This document shows, piece after piece, positions 24,458 to 37,696 of a DNA stretch of 49,136 nucleotides. The translations under genes and the position numbers were made by a program. Position 1 is the first letter of the stretch. Each line of letters begins with the position of its first letter. The DNA is from Dimargaris cristalligena. Lineage: Eukaryota. The notes under the pieces were generated by a model that worked only from the letters and a program-made list of their open reading frames with translations, was not told where the DNA came from and ran no database searches. The DNA lies in NCBI GenBank assembly GCA_003614675.1, contig ML002277.1, positions 1-49,136 of the forward strand. The letters are read 5' to 3'.

Positions 24458-25638
24458 TTACTCTATAGGGACACAGGGCAAGGGAACCTTAGTGTCGTAG
24501 ATTTTGGTGATGTTCTCTGCGTAGGGATGTTTATCGTCAGGGAAGATAAGGAGGCGGGTCAACCGGGGATTTTGTAGCCGGTTTTTGGGCAACATGCCTT
24601 TGACGGCTTTCCGAATAATCTAAATTGGTATAATAAGGGTAAATGTAAGGAATACAGGCGTGTATAATTAGTATGATGAGATCAGGTGTGTGAAGGCATT
24701 CGAAATAGTTGAAACCAAATTTAGTCTTAAGAGTGGGACGCCCTATAGCATTGTTTTTATTACGGTTCTAAATGCCGAATTTTTGAAAATGAAGTTTCTT
24801 ACAACGTACCTCACTCGGATTGCGCTCCAGAAGCCGGGCAAACGGGATTTCCTTCAATCCACCGGGATAACCAGAGTGGCGGTAGTACATTTTTTGCTCG
24901 GCCTTCTTTCCGGAGACGTAGATGTCCCGGGCGTTGATAACCACTACGTAGTCACCGCAGTCGGCTAGTCATGCGTAAATCAGGTTGCATATTTAATCAA
25001 AATACCAATATAGTTTCAAGGCGAGGTGAGGTGAGATAGGATTAAGGGACCCCCACAAAAAATACGAGATTCGACTCAGGTATGGACTAACCCAAGATAT
25101 AATAGTTATATTTATATATAATTGACAGCAACGTATAAAAGTATTAAATCACTGTTTAGATGGGATCCACAAACCCCAGTAAAAATCGATAAACTTACCA
25201 GCGGGATCAAAAATAGGCTTGTGCTTGCCCATCAGAGTAGTCGCAATGCGGGTGGAGACACGGCCCAGAACCTGTCCCCGGGCGTCTACGAGGTGCCATA
25301 GACGGGCATAGGCTAAACCAGTCTATTATGCCGGGAACAAGGGAGAAATTGAGGTAAAAAATATATACGGACAAAAAGGGTCACTGAGATTAGCAAGCTG
25401 GGTAGGGTAGAGGAGTGTGAACCTAGCCTTGGTCCAAACCTGGCTGGCCAAGTGGCGGGCGTTTGGCTCACTCGATCGACGACCAGGTTATAAGTGGGGA
25501 GGACGTTAACCGCCGGGAATTCGGTCGTCGAAGCCCAAAGGCATTGCACGATCGGCGCATCCTGGTGAAGCAGGGTCACTTTTGGATCGCACGGTTGTGG
25601 GTTGTGGGCACACTTACATTGCCGATGGCGGTGGACAT
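24458..25638 (-). CDS. MRPL13: Mitochondrial ribosomal protein uL13m; 4 exons
   Basis: [60 protein letters not shown]...HSGYPGGLK...|[15 protein letters not shown]...HPY. Confidence 0.95.
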
Positions 25639-26727
25639 GGTGAACAACTAAGAAATGTAGGGGAAGTGGTTAGTCGGACAAGAATATCTAATGCGTCAAA
25701 GTGATTCAAGATTTTTGCTTGATCGTTGTTGGGTCGAGTTTGGAGTAGGGGTCTGATTTGCCACTGGATCTATGGACCTGTTCTGCATTGCATTCCGCTA
25801 TTACTGAGTAACTAACTACTCTACTCTACCTATTAGGTTAGGCGGCAGGCTAATCAATATAAAATGGTCCCGTGGTGGGACATGGATTTGCTGATAATCA
25901 AATGCTCCCCTCAATTTCCCAGGTCTTTTTTAACCCTTGAGCCACATTACCTATGTGGATACTTAATAAATCAGAACAATAATACATTAACATCTGAATT
26001 GGTTACATTAATTACCACATCACAAGATTTGGTTCAAATATTACCTTAAATCAATGGAGTTTCCGATGGCTGGCCCCATGGTCTTAAATACTATCCTGTA
26101 CGTCGGTCTGTCTACATCATCATAATATAGTTATGCCCCTCCACTGAAGCTATAGCTAAGTTGACTGGCAAGGGCTACTATATTGGGTTATTCGCTGTAT
26201 TTGAATTGAACCTTGGGACATTCTCCGCCTCCCCCAAGACCGACTGTTGTGTAGACTTTGCCACTCTAACTATATACACCTATGCCAAGCAAAGCCCAGT
26301 TGAGCCTCAGGCTTGGTTAGTTGACTCACATCAAATAACACCCGCCTCCCTACCCTTCACTGCCCATGCGCCTCCCCCCCCTTGCGAATGGATAAGGCGT
26401 ACCCATTACCATGCAGCTGCATTTGAGGATTTTATGACGCCTAAACTGAGTGCGTAAGCCCTCTCCCCTGGACATGAAAGGGGTAGGCAGGTGGGGGAGT
26501 ATGAAACGGATCAGAGCATACCTACCTCTGCCTGTTTTCTCCGAAATACCCATTCATTTCCTGCCGAACCCACTCCCAACTACATGGATTTGGCCTACCA
26601 CGTATTGCCATATAAAGCTGAGCTACCACCCCTCGCCTCCCTAATTGCACATCTTTTACCCTGTAACTAACTACTATTTTCCTTAATAACCTGCTTCTAG
26701 TCCTTGACGCCGCCTATATTCCACACC

Positions 26728-28431
26728 ATGATATTCAAGTCCATCTATCCGTCAATTGACATCCCAGCCCTCGACATTGGCCAATTTATCCTACAGCACA
26801 TCGATACCCATGAATTTTGGCAAGACCGCACCCGCCCCGTTTACATCGATGCCGCCACGGCCGAAGTATTGACCGTGGGCCAATTCCGCACCCAAGTCAC
26901 CGAACTGGCTTCCGGTTGGCGGCACCGGGTGAACCTTAAACCGGGCACCGTCGTGGCGATGGTGTCCCCCAACACTATTTTTTTCGGTGTCCTGACTTTG
27001 AGTGTTATCCTCGCCGGGGGGGTGGTCGCTTTTGTGAATCCGACGTACACGGCAGGTGAAATGGCCTATCAACTCCAGGACTCGGGGGCGCATTACATGG
27101 TCGTCGATAATGAAATAGCGACCAAGACCTTGGAGGCGGCCACCATGGCGGAATTGCCCCACAGCCGGATTTATCAAACGGGCCCTTCCCCATCGGACCC
27201 TAAAGAAAGAGGGGGGAGAGGAGGAATGACCGGGTCGAGCCTGCCTTCAATTATGGAACAGCGGGATACCCGGCCCTGGCAACAACCCCCGACCATACCC
27301 CCCAATACGCCCGCCTACATTTGCTATTCATCCGGCACCACCGGTTTATCCAAAGGTGTCGTACTCACCCACCGCAATATGGTCGCCAACGTCAGCCAAG
27401 TCAACGCCTTTACAACCCATAACCAAAACACCCATAATGGCCAAACCCTGGCTGGAGTTCTCCCTCTGTTCCATACGTATGCCCTCCACCTGCTTCTCCA
27501 CCTCAATTTCATCCAAGGGTTTACCACCATCATATTCCGGAAATTTCGCTTCGAACCCTTCTTACAAGCTGTGGAGCGGTTCCGTATCCACTGCGCCTAT
27601 TTGGTACCCCCTGTGATTGTAGCCCTGTTCAAAAACCCGTTGACCAAACTCTACGACTTGTCGTCGTTAAACCGCGTAGTTTCCGGGGCTGCGCCATTCT
27701 CAGCCGAGTTGGTCAAGGAAATCCTGGATTGCTACCATACCCGGGTTCACCAGGGGTACGGACTTTCGGAGGCCTCCCCCGTGGTGTTATTCACTGCCCC
27801 CCAGACCCAAGACTTGGGGTCCGTCGGTATCCTCATACCTAATATGGAGGCCAAGTTTGTGGACGGGAAGGGTAAGGAGTTGGGCTACGGCGAACAAGGC
27901 GAACTCTGCATCCGGGGGCCTAATGTTATGTTGGGATACCTGAATAACCCCGAAGCCACGGCCCAAACCATCGACGCCGACGGATTCCTGCACACGGGTG
28001 ACTTGGGTTATGTGGATGAGAATGGCGAGTTTTATATTACCGACCGGTTTAAGGAACTCATCAAATACAAGGGGTTCCAAGTCCCCCCCGCCGAACTGGA
28101 GGCTATTCTGGTAGCCCACCCCAAGGTACGCGATGTAGTCGTCATTGGCGTGAATGACGTGCAACAAATCACCGAAGTGCCGCGGGCGCTGGTCGTACTG
28201 CAGCCCAAATATCAAAGGGACGACTCCCAGCTGTCCCGAGCTGCTGTGGCCCAGGAACTCATCGCATATGTGAATAGTCAAGTGGCCCATCATAAACATT
28301 TGCGAGGGGGTGTATATTTCATCGATGCAATCGTCAAGTCCGCTGCTGGTAAAATCCTGCGCCGGGAAATGCGTGAGATGCATCTCAAATCGATTCAGGC
28401 GCGGGAGGACGAGGGCTTAGGTATGGCGTAG
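26728..28431 (+). CDS. 4-coumarate-CoA-ligase-like AMP-dependent acyl-CoA synthetase (intronless)
   Basis: AMP-binding YSSGTTGLSKGV, plus QGYGLSE, GELCIRGPNVMLGY, LHTGD, DRFKELIKYKGFQVPPAELE and KSAAGKILRR. Confidence 0.95.
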   Translation: MIFKSIYPSIDIPALDIGQFILQHIDTHEFWQDRTRPVYIDAATAEVLTVGQFRTQVTELASGWRHRVNLKPGTVVAMVSPNTIFFGVLTLSVILAGGVVAFVNPTYTAGEMAYQLQDSGAHYMVVDNEIATKTLEAATMAELPHSRIYQTGPSPSDPKERGGRGGMTGSSLPSIMEQRDTRPWQQPPTIPPNTPAYICYSSGTTGLSKGVVLTHRNMVANVSQVNAFTTHNQNTHNGQTLAGVLPLFHTYALHLLLHLNFIQGFTTIIFRKFRFEPFLQAVERFRIHCAYLVPPVIVALFKNPLTKLYDLSSLNRVVSGAAPFSAELVKEILDCYHTRVHQGYGLSEASPVVLFTAPQTQDLGSVGILIPNMEAKFVDGKGKELGYGEQGELCIRGPNVMLGYLNNPEATAQTIDADGFLHTGDLGYVDENGEFYITDRFKELIKYKGFQVPPAELEAILVAHPKVRDVVVIGVNDVQQITEVPRALVVLQPKYQRDDSQLSRAAVAQELIAYVNSQVAHHKHLRGGVYFIDAIVKSAAGKILRREMREMHLKSIQAREDEGLGMA

Positions 28432-28744
28432 TGAGCATCACCCATTAGGGTATTCCGGCATACTTGGCCGGAGTTAGGCAGTGGCTATTTTACAAGAAGT
28501 CGTTTACTACCACCTCTGTTATTGATGTATTTTTCAATTATAAATAAACCCTACGTAATAAACAACAGTATATGTTTTCTTAAAGAGCAATGCAGCTTTG
28601 ATCCGGTGAATCTCCCAATTTCTTGGTTATAGTATTTGGGGCTGGCGACTATAAGCCAATAGCCATTTATTTTTATTATTAACCTTACACGGGCAAATCT
28701 GCCGAGTAAAAATATATAGATACGGTACGGGTGATTTGATCACG

Positions 28745-31194
28745 CTAGCGAGCAAACAGTTCAATGTGTTTCTCGACTACCGCCACCATATCCAACTGGG
28801 TCAGCGACTTGACGGGCAACTCCTTCCGTAATGTAAACTGGCATGATTTGTAGACTTGGTTCCAGACATCCTTAAAGTCCGAGTGATTTCGATCAATTCC
28901 CATGCGCGCCAAGCCCTTCACAATCAGTTTCTTCAGGGCCACTTTGTTCTCGGCTTCAATGGGCCCTGCGGTGACGGACGATGGCTGACTAGAAGGTAAG
29001 TCAGTAGAGGAGGATGAAGGGGGAGGGGGGGTGGAGCTTAGGGAGATGGAGCCCGGGAGAGAATGTCGCATTCCACGGGCGATGCGTCTATGGGCCCGGT
29101 TGGCGTGGGTTTGGCGGCCAGCGGTTAAGTCCTGCAAGGATTCGGTGGATGCCTTTAGAGTTGGAGTGGGCCAGGTGGTTGTTTAATATAAATTACGTAT
29201 ATAAATATATTTCAATCAAAATGGGGGGGATGAGATGATATGTGTAATCGAACAAATATGTATTTTACTGGAGAATGCAGACACTATTCTTTATAGCCGA
29301 ATCACTTCACATGTTGGTTGAACTAAATTTCGATGACTTACCTTGGATGAGAGGAGGCGAACGGGGCCTTGCAGAGTTGGTGATGATAATTCCAGCTGCA
29401 TAGACTGGCGGCGACTGTCGGGACACGGCGAAATCAACGGACTGTCCGCGGTGGCTAATAGAGACCGAACGCCCAACCCACTTTTCATCCGATGAATACC
29501 TGAGTGCCGCCGGTTATTGTTGGTTAGCAAGTCCTTCAGCGAATTGGATCGACGAAGATGATGCTCGGAAAGGAAAGGATGATTCGGAGTGAGGCCTGAT
29601 CGATCGAACGGAACGGATGGTATTGTAGTGGCGGTAGTCGTGGACGAAGAGGAACTGGATAATCGGGTATCGACGTCGGCATTAGACGGGTAGGGTCGGA
29701 CAGACAGTGATTCTACGCCAATGGATACGGAGGAACCTTTGGACCGTTGGTGAGAGTTCAGGTGCTGAAGTAAATCATCTGTATGTGTGATTAAAATTCG
29801 CAATGAAAAGAGGGGTAAATGATAGGGTTTGTTAATCAAGCGATCTGGCCCATGCTTCACCATCAATGGGAAGCCATAGATCGAGAGGCGTACCAAAGGT
29901 CCCACAACGGGCTACAAAATCCATTACTCGGTATTCTGATTAGCGAATTATCATTGATTAATGGGGTACCTACCGTAGCCAGACGCATGATCAGTGATTG
30001 GGAAATTGGCCATTGAAGGACAGGCTTTAACAGCGGACCAGCTAATACTAATTATATCCGACATGGACCGTAACGTCGAGGCCCGTAGTCGAAGTCGGCC
30101 GTCCGTCTGACCCCGCATATCCGATCCAATGGTAGCAGCGCTCCGTTCGACCCATAGAAGAACGTGAAGTGGCGTCGAGCCGTCGGGTATATTTTCTGCT
30201 TCGGGAAAGTGTTCAATAAGTGGACGATGGCGACGACTATTTTAATAACCAGAGTACTGGGAAGTCAGTACATAAAGGGAGTCTAAAATACCGGCAATTG
30301 GCACCAGATCAGTGCGCATTTCCCTGGGGTACATGGCCGCGTGCGTGGACATCATCAATCGAATAATTTACCTATAGATTTACTTGATTGAGACCGCGAG
30401 TGTCGTCGACTGTTCGACTTCGAGACGGGATCATTGGATGGTTTTGTAATATCAATGATGCGGGCTACCATAGCGTATGAACTATCATTGACACACATTT
30501 CCTACACAAAATGATAAGTACGGTATAAAAGACCATTGGAGCCACGTGGTTAATTACAGCATATCCCTTGGTACACGGGAATGCTACCAGTGGCCATTTA
30601 ATTGAATCCAAGCAAGAGTAAACGGTGATATTATTGTGGATTAAAAGGACTGGTTTACCTACCGGTATGGCGGCGAGGGATTTATGTAGCCATTGACCAT
30701 TTGTCAGCCCGGAACCAGGTGCGGTGTAGCTATAGTGGGGAGATATGGGAAGGATCCGTGTATGGGGAATGGGGATCAGGCAGCGGGTACAGTTGCCTTG
30801 GCATTAGTTAATTGAGGGTTAGTTTAATAATGCAGAGCGATAAGTGATGGGACTTGCTAGGGGTAGAATAAACCAATTGCAATATTACGGACACATGAAA
30901 CCAAGTCCGTTTTTAGATTTGACGTTATTCATGACAACGAAGATAACTAGAAACAGAAATAGAGGGCCAGTGCTACACTTACACGGAGAAATTGGTTTCG
31001 CCAAAAGCCAATACGGGGACTGTGGCGATCAATATTGGGGCTACCAACTCAAGGGTACCCTCGAGCACGGTACAACCATCAGCCTCTCCAAAGTCTATAG
31101 GGGGCCGGCCAGGACTAGCAGGCCGCTGGTTGGGAATAAAAAATACCCGTGAATCTGGCACACCAAGTGTAGAGCGATATTGACGGCCCCGTCG

Positions 31195-31230
<36 letters not shown>

Positions 31231-31605
31231 TTGTTTGTTTGCTTTAGTTATCTAGTAATGGGGTGTAGGTCAATGGTTTAAGTCCAAATGGCTAGAGACA
31301 CCTGGTGGTGTCCGCTCTTATACAACTAGCACAGCCAGAAGTTGCGAGACTGGAATATTAATATTGGTGATATTATCCCTTCAATGGGACAATAAGTTAG
31401 GCCGATGGGCGCATAACAGCCGGGCATAGCAAACCAGACGTTAGTTGTATTGCCCATACGAGTTCCCGGATGTGAGGTATATTATATATGGCCTACCTGT
31501 GGGCTCTTCGCTGTCCGTCGGAGCGACATTAGTATGACCTGGGGCAATGGGCTGGCATATGTAGACGGGTGGAGGTGTTGCGGGAGAGGCGGCCACTGTG
31601 AACAT
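28745..31605 (-). CDS. Sld7/MTBP-like replication-initiation protein; about 7 exons, boundaries approximate
   Basis: C-terminus ENKVALKKLIVKGLARMGIDRNHSDFKDVWNQVYKSCQFTLR...VVEKHIELF fits the Sld7/MTBP C-terminal pattern. A continuous frame can be built from ATG 31605 through exons near 31.5, 31.1, 30.7, 30.4, 30.1, 29.6 and 28.9 kb using GT-AG introns. Confidence 0.6.
31197..31228. repeat. (AT)16 microsatellite in an intron
   Basis: Read directly from the sequence. Confidence 0.95.
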
Positions 31606-32278
31606 AATGAGACGGGTTATATGCGAAGTAAAATAGGAATGGGTCAAATTCTCAGTGGAATGAGGGAGAGTGCTATTTAGTTTAGCTGTGCGCGATAGGT
31701 TGCTCCGAAGACCTTTTTGACCCTGCTTATTTTTTCCCTACCAAGCCCAGTTTGACACCACCAAGTGAAGATGATAAAGAGGCGCTGGATATTCTCGTTA
31801 ATGCATTCATTAGCCATGGCTAGTGGGTGTGGTGGGGGGTTTAATGGGAAAATTATTTACGATACACTAAATTTAATGGGCCTTTTATTGTACCACCCAA
31901 ATAAATACTAAGGCCTAGACTATATCCATCTATCTACCTTGGCCCACCAGTTCGCTTAAAAGGAGTATGTCTACTATACTAATAACAACGCACATTCCAA
32001 CTCGAAGGCCCAGAGACTTCTTCCTGGGTTGCATTGCATTGCTAATGGACCAGACCGAAACCATTGCTACCTTTAGCAAACCCTGACTGGTACATATTAC
32101 CCCCTTCCTTCTTACCCATTAGTTATTCATTCTATCCACATTACCAACCCTTCCTCCCATCTCAGCCTGGTTAACCAGCTCATCCCACCCGGCGTCACTT
32201 CCGCAGGCCATTGCCCTCGCCCTTAATCACTTCTGCAATACTGCGTCCGAGGCCCGTTCGCCTGCACCGTTTACCACC

Positions 32279-33545
32279 ATGGCGGCCGTCACCCGTTCCC
32301 AAATCGCTACTTTTCGCCTCACTTCCAATATCGAGCTCTGCTTTAAGTTCATGTTCATTTTACTGTACCTATTCGACCATACCCTGATATTCTTCTTTTT
32401 GAGAACGTCGTTTTCCAAGGTAAGTCTGCCCCAGCACCACCCGACTCGCCCATTATTATGTACAATTGAGCCAAATTAATCCGGTTAGCCGATCATATTA
32501 TATCACTCATGGCCATTCTATGTGTGCTAACTAGACTATACCCCCCTCCTATCAATACAATGCATTGGCTCGGTACTAACCAATCGCCCCGCTATCTATT
32601 ATGTATAGTTCATTGCTCTTCGGGGATCCTCAATGTCGCTGGCCTGGTCGTCGATGGCCATTCTGTGCCTCAATTTCTTTAGTATTATGCGACATGTTTC
32701 CCTCCGCCCGTCCACGAGTTTAGTCATCGACTTTGTTGGCCAATGTAAGTGTACTCGAAGGTTTTCCCTAGGAGGGTTGGTACTATACCAGCGTTTAATT
32801 TTGGTGGCTAAAGAATGTGCAATATCGTGTTTACATATGGAATGACCATTATCCTTGATCCATCGTATCGCTTTTCTAACCTACCTATTATCTACTTATA
32901 CTGTCACCCATACCCATACCTATACCATATCCCTTATCACATCTCGACTACCCAAACTGTGCGTGTTACCAACCCCTTCCAACAGCATGGCAAAACAAAA
33001 CAATCGTCCTTGCCTTTGTGGATGGAGGCATTATGGCCATGCAATTACTATGGGTTGTGATTCTCTTTCGCTCGTACCACCCAGCTTTTCAGCCCGAGAC
33101 ATCGCCAGGTGACGTGGCGGCCTCCCCCCTTGACCAAGAACGAGTAGAGGCCCTCCTAGCCCAGTTAGCGGATACGCTACGTCAGCACCCGGGCTCGCAT
33201 CTCTCGGCCTCACCCACCATGGTCGCAGCTATGGCCCTACGGCCAGGCTCCGAACGGTCTCCAACACTTCCCCAGAGACCAGTATCCGAGATGGTCCCGG
33301 CAAGTTCATCGTCACCATCATCATCCTTGGGCTCAGCTGCCGCGAATCCCGAACAAGCCAATTTGCTTTCCCCATCATCCCACGCGGTCCAAACCCAGGA
33401 TGATGATCACTTGGAAGCCGAAGCCCCCACCACTGACGGACTTCTTTTCGACTTGACATGGGCCACCATTACTGATACCTATCGAATTTCCCGAGAGATT
33501 TTCAATCCAACGTCGGCGGACGACAACATCCAGCTTCCCGTTTAA
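32279..33545 (+). CDS. DUF1746-family membrane protein (Dsc4/Vld1/Gld1-like); exons 32279-32419, 32609-32744, 32986-33545
   Basis: Four hydrophobic segments, with LYLFDHTLIFFFLR and the spliced motif LVIDFVGQ|SWQNKTIVLAFVDGGIMAMQL, resembling the DUF1746 IDFxGQ...LD...LQ pattern. Confidence 0.65.
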
Positions 33546-35657
33546 ACAGCTGCGGAAAACTGCGATTGGTATTATTAGTAGTAGGAGAGTTTACTACCAG
33601 CTATGTGTCCGCTCTGCCCTATCCATGTTTAAAAAGCTAATTTGTACTTTACCATTCATTGCTGATGCCCGAGTTCTATTCGAAGGAACCATACATCGCT
33701 CGAAATTTAAATATTTACATTTACATAAACACACGTTGTTGAATAGACCTGTGTATCTGTGTGGCGACGGGCCCCTTCGTGAAAATGGCATATTGCTCGA
33801 AAGTAGCTGGAAGCGTCCAGCCAATTCCTGCCAGTGAAATGACGTCGTGGTCAAGCCCCATTTTTGTGTACAGGACCATAGTTGGGGAGGTTGAGTGGCT
33901 TGATTGTATACCGCCAAGACATTCGAAAGTCCCATCTGCTGGTCAACCGTGGCTGCGTTCTAAGAATAGTCAATATACCCAGGATGAACCCGTGACAATG
34001 GTGTGGCGCTTGGCGATATTTAATTGGCCCTTCATAATAACATGGGGGGGGGAGAGAGAGGAGGGGGGCACTGCTATTACTCTAGAATAGCATGAAGGAG
34101 GGAGGACATCCAAAGACTTAAAAAAGACTCGAAGGGTCTAAAATTAGACACATTCTCTCCTTTTATGTCACCACAACCGCGAATGAACAAACGCAAGCAT
34201 GGATGGGGAAAGGGTGTATGTTCTGCTGCCGTTGTCGGGATTTGGACAGCACACACTGGTGGAAAAGGATGGCGGGTACCTAACTGATTGATGCAGAACA
34301 CGGTAAGGGCCAATCGGCGGAGTATCAGGGATTTACGGTTTCACCTGGGGTGATTATAGCCATGAATGAAGGGAAGGCCCTCCCCCCACCCTTGTAGATG
34401 GAGGGGTGTCCGACTCTATTTGGGTGTCCCTGGGAGGGGCTATTTCAGAATAACCAAAGACCGTGGTGGAGAGTGGGCTGCAGAATGGTGGGAACCTACC
34501 TGAAATTACAAGCCCCGTTGTTTGGGGTTGATGGAGTAAAAGGAGACTTCGCTTAGTTTAAGCAAGTGGCTTTCTTGTATTCGGTTTTAAGGGCATTTGC
34601 AATCAAGCCACAGGTGTGAATTAACCTTGATTAAGCTAGGAGCACAGTGTAAGAAGGGCGGAGGTTTAAGGTGGTGGTAGAATATGGGAGTAGTTCAGCA
34701 GGGCTGTATAATGAAAAATCCATTTGATGAGGCAAATACTACTGGTTGAAAATAAACATCCCACCGAGTTTCCCATACACATATCAGTTAAACCCTTATA
34801 CAACCAAGCTGAACTTCACCCATATTAAGAAGTACTGGTAGGGTGGGGGATTGCCCCTCCAACTGTCGGGGGGACAGAGACCAAAAAAACCCTTGTACTA
34901 GTAGTACAAGTGGGTATCACATAGTCAGTGTGATTGGTAGTGTCGTTCCTTCCTTCAACGAGCGAGACCAGTAAATGGGGTTCTTTTTTGAATGTACAGT
35001 TAAGACGAATGAACAGGTATGATGGTCTGAGAGATGTGAGATAGTATGGGCTAGAGATGATCGCTGCGTCTGTTTTGCCTGAACTGAAGACCGAGAGAGG
35101 AGGGTGAGAAGTTCGGCGGCCGGAACCGGAGAGGACATGTCGGCCGGAATTCCTGGTGGTGGGCTAATCTTTGGCATGCTACATGTGCCCTGCAGCGGAA
35201 AAAGAGATGTACTAATAAAGAGGTGGTGCTGATACAATTATATATATAATATATATTTGCATACATAAATGTATAGTATATTTTGATGGAAAAGAAGGGG
35301 GCCACACGGCAACTGCTTGCTATTATTATATGGCCGGCAGTGAAGAGAATGCGGTGCAGGTTAGAATGTCCTGCAGCATAAGAGCTTCAATGGCCAGGGG
35401 ATAGATAGGAAGTTGGGATTATGGTCAGTTGTGTAAGTCGTGACTGTGTTGCAATGCCCTTCCCTTACTTTCCTTTGCCCCTCTCAGCAGCTAAGGGGAA
35501 AGAATGGAGGAGACCGATGCGTCTGTTGTATACTATTAATAAGGGCTTTTTTTTACTGCTGCTGGGCTTATTGCCCATGAGCTGAACTGAACTAAATAAG
35601 TGTGCGCGGGTGTGTGTGTAACTACCGTGCCCTATCCCAGCCCGAATTCCTGCTCCG

Positions 35658-35681
35658 CTCTCTCTCTCTCTCTCTCTCTCT
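35658..35681. repeat. (CT)12 microsatellite upstream of the kinase
   Basis: Read directly from the sequence. Confidence 0.9.
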
Positions 35682-36200
35682 ACGCGGGCCCTGTCAGCTG
35701 TCTGGCCGCTCCTCCAGGGCAGGGCGCATATACTTTTGCCTGTCCACCACACCTGCCTGGATCGTTTTACTACTACTAATAACTAACACAGCTTTGCTTA
35801 ACCACCAACTACTTCGTTGTCCACTGGGGCGGTTTGCTCTACTACTTTTACTTTACTTTACTTTACTTCTCCTCTTCTTATCGCCAACTGTCGTCGACAC
35901 GCACTGCTGTTGTCGTTGGTTGCGCATTCCCTTTCCTCTCCTTTCCCTTCGCTTTCCGACCTTGGCCGCATATATTCTCGGATGTACCAGTTATATAGCC
36001 TTCGCTGATGCCACCCCTCCTCCTCCTTCTCGTAAACCCTAGACTCTCTTGATTCATGACCTGCCCCATCTCTCGCATTCCCCCCCCTGTCGACTCCTTC
36101 CACTGCTCCTGCCTTTCCTTCATCTCACCCTGCGGGTCAGTATCCGTGTTCGGCCCCGCTCTACCTCTCTTCCCTGCGTCGCCAGTGTCTTTCACAACCG

Positions 36201-37619
36201 GTAAGTTTAACTACGCTCCAGACCCATATAGAGCAGTATCGGTATGCCTTTAACCCCTGTCCTGCTGGGCCACCGTGTACCTAGACGGGTTCCAGTTCCG
36301 TGCTCCCAAAGAGTGCGAGCATCGCTGGTGGATCCGTCCTCTATTCCTCCCAGCTGATGGGTGCCACAGGCCAACCCTTGGGGTGTATGTGTGTGTGTAT
36401 AGGGGGGGGGTGACCTTCCAGCCCCGCGGGCGTAGTCATACTATACAATAAGGACTTATTCGGCCTGTGGTGGATTTCATTACTGCCCTCCCCCAGCGGC
36501 TGGGTGCCGGAGCTGCCCTGCGTTGACGTGCACGGGGTAGAAGACTGCCCCTAGTTCGTTTGGTGGGTTGTTTTCTTGTTGCTGAAAGAGGGGTCTATGA
36601 GGCAAAGTCAGGAAATCGAGACAAGGCCACGCGTGCGCACAGCCGGGGTTTGGTGCATGTATGTGGCTATTGTGCCGAAAACATCCCGGTCATCCCGCTT
36701 CTGTTTGCACCTACTTTCTCTATGTATGCTGTATGCGCACCCCCCCCCTCTTTCTTCATGGGGGAGGAGACCCCAGCGGCGGCGGGGGGAGGTGGCTACG
36801 CTTTCCCTATCCTTTTGTTTATGCGCGCCCGGCTTGGCTGTCCGTCATCGGTTAGAGTTCGACCTTTCTTATTTTCCACCCGCGCGGTCTCTCTCTCTCT
36901 CCATCACCCCATCCGTTGGGATTTTTATTGAAGGTGCCATGGTGGTGCTGGGCCTTTCTTTTCGAAACTCCCTTCTTTCCTTCTGGCGAGGCCTTCTATA
37001 TATTATTCCTTCGCCCTCCTTGGCCTACACTACCTTCTCTGTGGGGGTTTGGGTTGCCCATTAAGCCAAAGACCCTTGCATATAAGCGCACACTGCACCT
37101 ACTTGCCACCGCCCTATCGGTATTGTATAGTATTACTTTCTATAAGAATTGTCCGACTCTGACATCCCAGCCCATTGTCACTTTCGCCCTATTTTCTCTT
37201 TTCCTTCCTCATTGCATCACTGCTACTACTACTACTACTACTACTACAACCCCTCTAACCCTTGATTTTCCTGCCTCCCCCCTAACCCTTTTTTCTTGAG
37301 TGACCCGGCCCTTGTCCGTTCCCTCTCGTTTGTATTTTCCAGTGCCCCGTACCGGCTCCCCCTCCCCAGTTTCCCCACTGCAAAGCCCTCTCTTTCTTCC
37401 ACACTCAAGCACACATTCCCTCTCCGCCCCTTCTCCAACTTTTATTGCCCTTGGTCAGCTCCTAACCCAAACTCTCTTTTTGCTGTCTATTTGAATTCTT
37501 TTTGCCCATTGTATATTCGCCTGTTCCTTGTATACACAGCCCTTAGCATTCCACAGCTGGCCTTAAAGTGTTCGTATAGCATTCCGTTTTGTGAAACCCC
37601 TCCCTCCCTCGTCTGATAG
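36201..37619 (+). other. Putative long 5' leader intron of the kinase gene
   Basis: Strong donor CCG|GTAAGT at 36201 and a pyrimidine-rich tract ending CTGATAG at 37619. Alternative acceptors lie at 37579, 37663 and 37686. Confidence 0.55.
37223..37247. repeat. (CTA)8 microsatellite
   Basis: Read directly from the sequence. Confidence 0.9.
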
Positions 37620-37696
37620 TACTTCCCTGCTCGAGTTGCCCCCACCCCTACACGCCTTGGCAGTTTATCGGCCCTACCAACCTTAGCCTTGCAAAA

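Noticed and set aside
30262..30358. Intronic C/D snoRNA (TGATGA...CTGA...CTGA on the minus strand)
   Set aside because: No recognisable rRNA-complementary guide or terminal stem, and the last CTGA resembles a branch-point-type motif.
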